Shown here: positions 1-9,207 of the stretch, in pieces
How positions within the stretch are numbered: position 1 is the first letter of the stretch
Layout of the letters: each line of letters opens with the position of its first letter
NCBI GenBank assembly: GCA_000004985.1
Contig: GG738859.1
Direction: 5' to 3' (one strand)
DNA length: 64,000 bases
Source: Naegleria gruberi
Lineage: Eukaryota
Notes under the pieces: model-generated
What the model was told of the DNA's origin: nothing
Database searches by the model: none
The model's input: only the letters and a program-made list of their open reading frames with translations
Position numbers and translations under genes: made by a program

Positions 1-586
1 ACGAGCAAATTCTTTCAATTGTCTCAAGAAGTAATTCTTAATTCTCATATCTGGATGAGCTACTTGCATAAAGGCAAGAGTACTCTCCAATGACCAAGAA
101 TATTTGAAAATAAAATAAGCAGCAATTAAAACACATGACCTGGAATTTCCATGAAATGATTGCACTAAAACACACTCTCCCTTTTCGAATGCTTGATCTA
201 TAAAATTGGCTACACGTGTAATATTTCTATCTCTACTATCAAGTAAAACGGTTGTTGGAACATCCCTCCAAGGAAACGTTAAATATTCAATTCCATGATC
301 AGCATATATATTTGCAGCTTCCAATCCAGCACAGTTTACTACATGGCTCACTTTGTTTGAAAAAAGGAATTCATCATCTTGTGCAGCAATAGAATTTCCT
401 ACAAATAGACCATCCATAATTCTGACTGCTAATAAAAGTGTAGGACCAGGAGTTTCTACTGGTACAAAGTGTGGTTGCTGTTGTTGGTTTCCAAAACTTC
501 TGGAATTAGTTATTGTATGGTTGAATAACCCTCCTCCAAAATCGGAGGAAGAATTATTAGCAACCTTTGATATAATATTATTCATC
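1..586 (-). CDS. dual-specificity phosphatase-like protein (DSPc fold); catalytic Cys replaced by Ser, so a probable pseudophosphatase; 3' end runs off the window
   Basis: Minus-strand reading frame from ATG (plus 584-586) to position 1 with no stop. Translation MNNIISKVANN...MDGLFVGNSIAAQDDEFLFSNKVSHVVNCAG...KGECVLVQSFHGNSRSCVLIAAYFIFKYSW. It matches the DUSP signature VxVHCxxGxSRSxxxxxAY except C->S and H->Q. It invalidates the overlapping plus ORF 353..610. Confidence 0.5.
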
Positions 587-720
587 AGAGACGATTATTT
601 CGCTGAATAGTCTGACTATCAATGATGTCCTTAATGATGGGTTTTCTCTACTACAGTTAGCTTACAAGTTGTATTTGTAAATAGAGGGAACGGCTACTGT
701 TATTTTTTTAAAATTTAAAA

Positions 721-951
721 ATGTTTTCCCGCCATCAAGCAACAAGAGTAGAGCTGAATCAAGATGATGTAGCAGAGTTTGAAAGGACGATACAGGAAAT
801 CGAAGATGAATTATCAAGAAACCAACAAGTAGAGTCCGATCAACAACAACAAGTAGATAATAATTTAAATATTCCTTCTTCATTAAATAATAGAATTGAC
901 CCAAATACAGATATTAGAATTGGTTATTCGGAACAACAAAGAAGATTTTAA
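721..951 (+). CDS. small hypothetical acidic/Q-rich ORF (76 aa); weak support
   Basis: ATG-initiated ORF in the spacer between two minus-strand genes. Its stop (949-951) abuts the stop of the AK6-like gene (952-954). No recognisable domain. Confidence 0.2.
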   Translation: MFSRHQATRVELNQDDVAEFERTIQEIEDELSRNQQVESDQQQQVDNNLNIPSSLNNRIDPNTDIRIGYSEQQRRF

Positions 952-1561
952 TTATTTTTGAATTTTGTTTTGTACAAGAGAAACAATGAATTCTGCATTA
1001 TTATTCAGATCCATTATTGTGATGTTTTGCTTTTCAAAAACAATTTCTGGTTTGTAACTTTCTTGAGCTTCATCCGAACAAACTTGGAAAATTTCGCAAT
1101 CAACATTTTCTTGAACTTTTTGTTCTGAATATCCTCTCTTTTCCAAACGTTTAAATAATACATCAGGATCACATCTTAAAACAATAACAAAATCAATCCA
1201 TCGTTCTGGGAATAATTCACTACTATGATAATCGATAACAAATCCCTTTTCCAAATCAGATAATTTTTCTTCTAAATGATCCAAAAGTTTATCTTCATCA
1301 AGAACATATGTATCTCTTTCACTATCGAATTCCTCAACAAATTGTTCACCTTTAGCAATTTCGGAAACATTCAAATATTCATAATTTGTTAAATTAAGTT
1401 TTTCCTTTAAAGAATTGATAACAGCTTCTCCCATAACAGTCTTTCCGACACCAGGGGTTCCTGTCTCATAACGATATGTTAGATGATGATTTACTTCAAT
1501 GTCCAAACTTACCTGTGATGAGGATATTTGGATAGGTACGAAGATCTGGTGATGTTTGCAT
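952..1561 (-). CDS. AK6: adenylate kinase isoenzyme 6 / Fap7-like nucleoside-triphosphatase; 2 exons (1513..1561 and 952..1460), 52-nt intron 1461..1512
   Basis: Spliced product MQTSPDLRTYPNILITG|TPGVGKTVMGEAVINSLKEKLNLTNYEYLNVSEIAKGEQFVEEF...DYHSSELFPERWIDFVIVLRCDPDVLFKRLEKRGY. It has the P-loop GTPGxGKT and the AK6/Fap7 layout. The intron is gtaagt...tctaacat...acag. The track ORF starts at GTG 1578 and reads through the intron. Confidence 0.7.
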
Positions 1562-1612
1562 TTTTTAATTGAATTCACTCAAAAATTATTTGAAGTGCCA
1601 AATGTTATTTAT

Positions 1613-3703
1613 TCAGTTTTCTTCATCACTCATGGTACCATGTTGTTCTTTTGTTAATACTTGATGATCTTGTTCCTCTTCTTGCTCTGACTCATCCTGT
1701 TCTGATCTATCCTTAGTATCTGAAAAGACATAGAGTATGTGACACTCTCCACGACCAATATTTTTCATACTATATGAATTGAATGGTGGAATATGAATTA
1801 CAGATCCAAGTTTCATTTGGATGGCTGGGTTTGTATGTACAACGACGGATGCCTGACCTTTCAAAATATATAAAACCTCAGATTGGGTACTAGTATTGGA
1901 GCTTGGTTTTATACCACCAGGTTGAATTATTATTGTTCCTACACCTACACCCTTCTCTGTCAATGAACTGTAGATTGAAAGTTGTGCTGTATCTTCATTA
2001 GCTTTGATGGTAGCATAACCACCAGCCTTAGTTTCATCCTTTCTGAATTTGAAATGTGAACTTTGATGCATTTGGGCAGTAGCATAAATTTTAACATCCT
2101 CCTCTTCGCCAAACTCATTCATAACTTTGTAGATTCCATCAGTTACATCACTAAGTGGATCAACTTTTCTCTTTCTTGGCTCTACAGGAGCCTTCTTCTT
2201 CTTTTCTGGTTCTGTAACAACTGGTTTGACTTTCATTAGTTTACCAGCTTCCTTAGGCAAAGGTCTTTCATTTTCCCAAAATTTACATGGTTTAGTGACC
2301 TTTCTTCTCAATCTAGAATCCACAGAGTTACTTGTTTGAATGCCCAATGGATCTGTTCCATTATCAACATCCTCATTTTGAGTGCTGATAAGTGTTGTAT
2401 TGAGCATATCATTTTCTTCTTCATTTTCACTAACAGCAGCATTGAAATCTTCGTCGTCTTTGTAAACCTTTTCATTCACTTCTTTGGCTTCCTCGTCGTC
2501 TGTTTCATCTACATTTTCTATATCTTTTAAAAGAGCTTCTCTGAGTACATATTTTTCTCCAATCAGCTCTGTTTGCTTTTGGGAAAGTTTTACTTCTTCA
2601 TCACGATAAAAGTCTCGCCCTAAATCCACATTAGATTTTTCCAGCTGAGTAGGTCCAATACCAGAGTCCTCTAGTGTTGCTTTCGGTTGAGAAGATTTAT
2701 CAGATTCGTATTCAGATTCTGATTCAGGTTCTGATTGAGGAAGCGATGCAGGGAAACTTTTAAGTGCTTGTTTTTGTTGCCTAGATTTTAAACTTCTTCT
2801 ATTTTCTCTGTCATCTGATTCATCGTCATCTTGTTCTTCCTCAGAGGATGAGGATTTCTCATAAATATATTTCTTTGTTTTCCTAGGTTCTGATATCTTT
2901 CTTTTCTTAGGTTCTGGTTGGAATGTTTGTTCCTCCTGCTCTTCAAAAAGATTATCGAATGCATGATCATCATCTAAGCCTCCTTGTTCAATATCAAATG
3001 TAGGTGTAGGTGTAGGAGGTGCAATGATATCTGCAGCTTCTGCTGGTTGTTCTTCTTCCCTGAAGGTGTCTAGAACTGGTGAAACAGGTGGTAGGGATAT
3101 TTTAGGTGAATCGGGTTTCTTAGGTTGCTTAATTGTGACAGTTGGTATTTTCACAGAAGTGTCATCCTCGGAAGATGATGTGACATACTCCATTGAAGTT
3201 TTATCAATTTTAAGAGCTTCATCTGGAGATTGTTCATCACCTGATGAACGAAAAGTAACAGCTGTCTTTGAGCTTAGCATACTCATGGTATCATCACTAT
3301 CATTCATAGTAATGTTTGATAATGACAATACACTCGATTGGTCATCTCTATGTAATTGTTGATTAAAGTTCTGATTATTGTTTGCTTCAAAGAAGGCATT
3401 CGGATCAACAGAGTCGGTATTTACAATTATTTGTCCAGATCTTTTACCAATATTTTGGAAAGCATTCTGTGATGCCAACACATCATCATAACCTTCTCTT
3501 TGGCGGGTTCGTGGAATATAACCAGTACCTTCTCTTGTTTGTAAGGCTGATCTTCTAGGTGCTCTTTCCGCAAATAGTGCTGCTGTTAATGATGCAGATG
3601 GTGGTCCCATTATTGGTGGTTGTTGGTTGTTGGCATTTGATGATGATGGTTGTTGGTTACTATTTGATGCCGAAGGGAAACCATCTTGTCTTTCATTATT
3701 CAT
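1613..3703 (-). CDS. CENP-C/Mif2-like kinetochore protein: long disordered acidic/Ser-rich region, CENP-C motif, C-terminal cupin domain
   Basis: ATG at plus 3701-3703; the track start 3718 is TTG. A CENP-C-like motif SRLRRKVTKPCKFWENERP lies at about 2215-2325. The C-terminal cupin-like block is IYATAQMHQSSHFKFRK...GYATIKANEDTAQLSIYSS...GTIIIQPGGIKPS...VLYILKGQASVVVHTNPAIQMKLGSVIHIPPFNSYSMKNIGRGECHILYV. Stop is TGA. Confidence 0.5.
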   Translation of the reverse strand: MNNERQDGFPSASNSNQQPSSSNANNQQPPIMGPPSASLTAALFAERAPRRSALQTREGTGYIPRTRQREGYDDVLASQNAFQNIGKRSGQIIVNTDSVDPNAFFEANNNQNFNQQLHRDDQSSVLSLSNITMNDSDDTMSMLSSKTAVTFRSSGDEQSPDEALKIDKTSMEYVTSSSEDDTSVKIPTVTIKQPKKPDSPKISLPPVSPVLDTFREEEQPAEAADIIAPPTPTPTFDIEQGGLDDDHAFDNLFEEQEEQTFQPEPKKRKISEPRKTKKYIYEKSSSSEEEQDDDESDDRENRRSLKSRQQKQALKSFPASLPQSEPESESEYESDKSSQPKATLEDSGIGPTQLEKSNVDLGRDFYRDEEVKLSQKQTELIGEKYVLREALLKDIENVDETDDEEAKEVNEKVYKDDEDFNAAVSENEEENDMLNTTLISTQNEDVDNGTDPLGIQTSNSVDSRLRRKVTKPCKFWENERPLPKEAGKLMKVKPVVTEPEKKKKAPVEPRKRKVDPLSDVTDGIYKVMNEFGEEEDVKIYATAQMHQSSHFKFRKDETKAGGYATIKANEDTAQLSIYSSLTEKGVGVGTIIIQPGGIKPSSNTSTQSEVLYILKGQASVVVHTNPAIQMKLGSVIHIPPFNSYSMKNIGRGECHILYVFSDTKDRSEQDESEQEEEQDHQVLTKEQHGTMSDEEN

Positions 3704-4036
3704 TTTTGAATTATTCAACTGTTATTACTATTAAATATTTGTTGATGAGTTATATGTTGTCGATGTTTGATGATTCTCAAAACACCCAATACTAACGACT
3801 AACTTGGGATTGGAGTGGTTTTAAACGAGCAACACGCGTAGATTTGCACAATTTAAATATTTTTTTCAAATTTGTAACGGTAAATAATAATTGCCAATTG
3901 TGTTAAATACTAATAATATTATTGTTTTGAATTATTACTTAAATATTCGTTTTATTTTATAATAAACAATAATTTACATTTCTAACATTAACTTCTTGCG
4001 TTGTCAATAATATTATTATTTGAAACAGTCTAAAAA

Positions 4037-5214
4037 ATGATCTCATCATCAAATGCAAAAAACGAAGATAGTGCCTCTTCGGAACTTCCTCTCCCAACAC
4101 CATCATTAGATTCATCATTCAAAAAGAAGGTTGTGGAGAGAAATTGGCTCAACCAAGAATCTGAAGGAATTGATGCTTTAGCAAAGATTGAATTTCTTCA
4201 TACAATTCCAGGAGAGAAACAATTAAAATTTGTACCAAGTGTAAAGGGCATATTAACCAATGCTGTTCACAAAATGGCACTTCAACTCACTCAACAACAG
4301 GATGAAATTATCAATGAAGCAATGAATTTTTCTGCAACTAGTTTGATTACACAAAGTGGATCTAAAGCCATGCTCATGTCAAATGCTGTTGGAGCTGCGG
4401 AAGAACAACACAGAGGATCAATATTTGTTAGTTTGAGTAATGCATCTGATTTTGATCCGAATATGGGATTTGATGCTATTAAATCCAAGTTAACAAAGAC
4501 TAATAGTATTATCACAAAGGATATTCAGGAAATGTTTTTAAAATCAATTCCTCCTTGGAATTTTGTTACACCACACCATAACTGGAAAGTAAGACTACAT
4601 GGAGATAGAGCTGTTGGTAAAACAACTTTACAGAAGAGTCTTTGTAGAATGGGTAAGTGAAATAATTTTATTGTCAAATTTTTGACATTTGAAAGATACC
4701 AATATTGAACAACACAGAAATCAACATTGTGATACTGTTGGATCAATTACAACAAATACATTAATACCAATCAAATGTATTGATTCTGTGAAATGGATAG
4801 AGCTAGAAGTGATCGATGTTGGTGAAGGATGTGCTATCAATAATCCAATTTATAATTCATGTAAGTAATTTATATTAAGAATATCACTAATATACTTTGT
4901 TGGATCTATAACCAGACAATGTTAATGATTTTCATGCCCATCTAGTCTTATTTTCCATGGGACATTTTCAAAGCTTCAAGAATGCCAAAAACAAAATCAA
5001 ACAATTGAAAAAACAAACCAACAATATTATAGTTGTTGCAACTAAATCAGATGCTTTCCAAAATTTCCAAGTTACAGACATTGACATTGCCACTCTAGTG
5101 AAGGAATTTGATTTAAAGACTGCAGTATGTCTAGTCAATAGTCATGCTCAATTCGGATCTGAAAATAGTACCTATACCATTGTGGAAGAGTTGGCCGACT
5201 TACTTTTGGCCTAA
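4037..5214 (+). CDS. atypical small GTPase-like protein with ~175-aa N-terminal extension; 3 exons (4037..4652, 4696..4860, 4946..5214)
   Basis: Introns of 43 nt (gtaagtgaaat...tttgaaag) and 85 nt (gtaagtaattt...cactaat...catctag) restore one frame. G-motifs present: G1 GDRAVGKTT, G3 DVGEG, G4 TKSD (for NKxD), G5 NSHA. The track shows the exons as separate ORFs 4037..4660 and 4957..5214. Confidence 0.5.
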
Positions 5215-5323
5215 CTTTCACTTTTGATTGTTTTATAGTGAAACTCTTTTAGCTTCCTTTGATGATAGGCTTTTTAGATCAAGGCTTTGAAATATTTCTT
5301 GTTACAGCACCAAGTAGAAAAAA

Positions 5324-8300
5324 ATGCCACCATCACGATTTAGAAAGGTAATTGAGGATGATGAAGAGGAAATTCCTACTACAAGAGAGGATGTGGAGAG
5401 TGAACAAATCAAAGGTAGGAAAACTGAGAAGAAAGGAGGAATCAAAAGGAAAATTGTAGAATCTGATGATAGTAGTAGCAGTGAAGATGAGTTGGACGAA
5501 AGGCTTGAGTTGACTGATGAAGACGATATCGAATCTCTTTCTTCCAGAGATTCACCTGTGGTAGAATATGATGACAATGATGAGGAGATGGAAGAATATC
5601 CACAGTATAATAGATTATTGGAGAGTAAGTTTGCATACTAGCAATTCATATAAAATCTCTTATATTCAAAGTTGAAAAGGCTATTCTTGATAAACTTGAA
5701 GGAAGGTCTTGTGATCAGCAATTGATAATTCACTCCATTGAGATGAAAAATTTCAAATCATACAAGGATAACACACTGGTTGGTCCTTTCACCACTGGAT
5801 TAAATTGTATCATTGGATCTAATGGATCTGGAAAGAGTAATATTATCGATTCGATTTGTTTTGTGCTTGGATTTGAGTCTAAAGAGTTAAGAGCTAAGAA
5901 TCTAGACTACCTCATCAATGATCAGTGTTCATCTGATGAAGAGTCATTTGTCAAAATCAACTTTAATGTGATGAATGGTAAGAATGATTGTTTCAAGCAG
6001 TTTAGTATTCAAAGAAAGATTAAAAGAAATGATCACACAAGCTCCTACCATCTCTCTTCACCAAATGAGGAATCCAAAAAGATAACAAAAAAACAAGTGA
6101 GGGAATTACTGAATGAGTATGGAATTGACTTTGATTATCCTGATAGATTTATTGTTATGCAACATAATACCATAAAGATGGTAAAGCAAAACCCTTTAGA
6201 AATGCTGTTCCATCTTGAAAAATTATTTGGTACTGATAGAGTTCAAATTGAAATTAAGCAAGTTCAGGAAGATATTACAAAGCTCAGATCCGATATTGAA
6301 ATACATGAGAAAGAAAAGAATGATTGTGAAAAGGATCTAGAGTTATTAAAACCTATAGTCGAACACTATCAAAACTTTCAAAAGTTAGAAAAAAAGGTGG
6401 AGGAGACAAAAGCATCCATAAAAGAGAGTGAGCTGAAATGCCTAACATTCAAACTAGACAAAAGCAAGAGGGAGCTAAAGTCAATTACTTCTGAAATATC
6501 TTCTTTAGAAAGTAATCGTTCAAACTCAAAGATAGAAGAACAGCAACTGAATGAAAGTACTCAGAAACAAGTAGAGAAAATGGACACCACAGAAAAGGAA
6601 CTAGACCAGATAAAGAAAGTCACATCCAAGATTCAAAAGAATCTACTGAGGGTAAGACTTGAGAATGATTCCTACAATCAAAAAGTTCAGCACTTTGAAA
6701 TGGAATTAGAAAGAACCTCAAAGGAGTCTATTCAATTAGGAGAGGAAAAGAACGATTTGAATGTAATGAATTGTCATACAGAGGAAGATATTAAGTATTT
6801 AGAGAATTGCATTAACAGTCTTGAAAATGAGATTAATAGATTGACATCAAACATAGATGATGAATCTCAACAAATATTGATAGATTTGCAAAGAGAATTA
6901 AACGAGATAGTAACAAGTTATCGTTATACAGCATTAACATCTCGTAGTGTTAAATTAAGGGAATTGGAGGAGCAGATCGAAATTTTGAATCAAACATTTG
7001 ATCAAAAACAAAAAGAGAAAGTGGGCTTAGAAAATTATATGGAAGAAATTTCTGAATTGAAGAAATTAGCAGACTCAGAAGCCAGCATATTAGGAGATAA
7101 CTTGAAGAGAGTCCAAGAATCAATAGAACTCAAAAAGAAGCAGAGAATCAAGATAGAAGATGAAATATTTGACTTAGAAACATCCTCGATTCAAAAAGAG
7201 GAAGTTAATTCTCTTTTTTTAGATACCATAAAGAAAATTAGATCAGGGATAGATGGATGTTTTGGAACAATTCCAGAGATTTATAGAATCACTGATCAGA
7301 AATATGCAGTTTCCGTAAACTCAGTGCTTCATCCTTATTTAAAGAATACAGTAGTTGTTTCAAGCAGAGAAGTGGCATTGAAGGTAGTGAAGTTTTTTGA
7401 AAATGATCGTGCAGGATTGGTCAGTTGTGAAATTCTAAATGAGCTGAAGTTGTTGCCAAACCAATCCAGCACTAATCCTTTAGAATTGAAGCCACTTATT
7501 GAAGTTCTGGAATGTGAGGCTCAATACAGACCCTTACTAGAAAAGCACACCCAAGGATGGTTCATTACTGATTCGATAGAATGTGCAATGAAATACTCAT
7601 ATCATAACGGCAAAAGAAGAAATATTGTTACTCTCGATGGAAAGATATTTAAAAGCTTTGGAGAAATATCTTGCCACTATTCCAAAGATACTACCCCTCA
7701 CCAGATCAGTACTCAGTATTCTAAACTCAATACAAATTATTCAGATCATAACAAAGACATTGAGTATTTGTCTATTTTGAAAAAAAAGTTTAAAGATCTA
7801 GAGGAAATATGTGAAAGTCTCATCATGTCAATGAATGACATTAAGCAATCCATATCAGAAAAGGAAGTATTAACAAGAAATTATCAATCCCAAATCAAAA
7901 AAATTGGCTCTTCACTCTCAACTCTTTCCAGAAAATTGATATCTATCAAGAAGGATTTAGAGAGCAAACAGGAAACCTTCAAAAATACTATTTTAGCTCC
8001 AACTGAGGAAGCAGAGTTATTAGAAATAGAGACAATCAAGAAAGAATTAGAAATGAAAATCCATACTATTGAGAGTGTCGATAACAGTGGAAATTCATTG
8101 CCGAACCTCAAGAAAACCTTGTCAGAAAAACAAAAGGAGCATACTGTACTCAACAAGTTAAAAGAAACACAAAGCAAGAGATTGAATCAAATATCAGCTC
8201 TATTATCAAACCTTGCAGCAAAAAGAGAAAAATACACTAATGAATTAGATATTTTCAGAAAAGAAAACAATCAAGAGGAATTAGATTCATTAGAATCAGA

Positions 8301-9204
8301 AGTAGACTCTCTGAAAAGGCAAAAAGGTAAACTCGAATCAAAAAAAGAGGATTATTGTAACAAATTAAAAGAATTCAGACGAAACATTAAAAAATTAAGC
8401 CAAATAATTAATGAGAAAGACCTTCAAATCTCTAGAAAAGTGCAAGATAAGGAAAAAATCCAAGAGGATATCGACGAGCTAAAGTTGTCCATTTCTAAAA
8501 TAGCACAAAGTAATATCTCTTTGAAAGTAGACACAAAACTAGACTTGGAATTAGAGGAAAGGAGAAGGCTCAAACTGATATCTGAGCTCAAGCACATAAA
8601 TTCAGAACTGGAAGGTATACAAGATAGTGTGGATAAAAATTGTTTAGAAAAACAATCAACAGCCAAGAAAAAGCTGAAATTCACTAATAAGAGGCTCAAT
8701 AGTATCAATCAAAGAATTGAGAGCCTCGAACTATTGGAGTCAAAATTTCTTACCTTACGATATGAATTGTTTCACAAGGTTATTTCCAAAATTAATGAGA
8801 ACCTCTCTCAAATATTCAGAGATTTGAATAACAACTCAAACTGCTACATTTCTTACTATGAAGACAAGAAGACATTATTTGAAAAGGGTGTCAATATTTA
8901 TTGCAAGTACGATTCAGAGTGGAAAGAGTTTAGTAAGCTGTCTGGTGGTCAGAAAAATCTGGTTTGTTCTGTTCTTTCTAAAGCGCTAATGAGATGTTTT
9001 TCAACCAGTATTTGTATCTTTGATGAATTATGTAGCAGTTTAGACACCATCAATGTAGAGAAATTAGCCAAGCTCATCAAAAGCAGCTCTCTCAAAACTC
9101 AGTTCATTTGCATATCATTCAAGTTTTACGAGAAGGCAGATCATATCATTGGAGTATACCACCAAAATGGTGTTTCTTGTACTGTCCCATTCTCTAATAA
9201 ATAG
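5324..9204 (+). CDS. SMC-family ATPase, condensin type (SMC2/SMC4-like), with probable acidic N-terminal exon (5324..5624) joined by a 47-nt intron (5625..5671) to the main exon (5672..9204)
   Basis: Main exon: LIIHSIEMKNFKSYKDNTLVGPF...CIIGSNGSGKSNIIDSICFVLG (Walker A). Long coiled coils. Hinge: GTIPEIYRITDQKYAVSVNS...VVVSSREVALKVVKFFENDRAGLVSCEIL. C-terminal LSGGQKNLVCSVLSKAL...ICIFDELCSSLD (signature plus Walker B). The first ATG in the main frame (5743) would remove the conserved N-terminal strand, arguing for the spliced 5' exon MPPSRFRKVIEDDEEE...YNRLLE (acidic, as in SMC4 N-extensions). The track start 5722 is TTG. Confidence 0.55.
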
Positions 9205-9207
9205 AAT

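Noticed and set aside
353-610. Plus-strand track ORF (85 aa).
   Set aside because: It lies entirely antisense to the N-terminal part of the minus-strand DUSP-like gene. The sequence is low-complexity and has no domain, so it is spurious.
662-904. Minus-strand 80-aa ORF.
   Set aside because: It is antisense to the small plus ORF 721..951 in an AT-rich spacer. It is hydrophobic low complexity typical of antisense AT-rich DNA and has no support.
2336-3362. Several plus-strand ORFs (2336..2530, 3024..3362) inside the CENP-C-like gene.
   Set aside because: They are antisense to a long conserved minus-strand CDS. Their Ser/Cys/Phe-rich low complexity mirrors the sense-strand codon repeats.
7884-8708. 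Minus-strand ORFs 7884..8177 and 8424..8708 inside the SMC gene.
   Set aside because: They are antisense to the SMC coiled-coil region. The track also shows similar antisense ORFs within the kinase, the giant repeat gene, CCDC22 and TSR1, all explained by K/E codon-rich sense strands.
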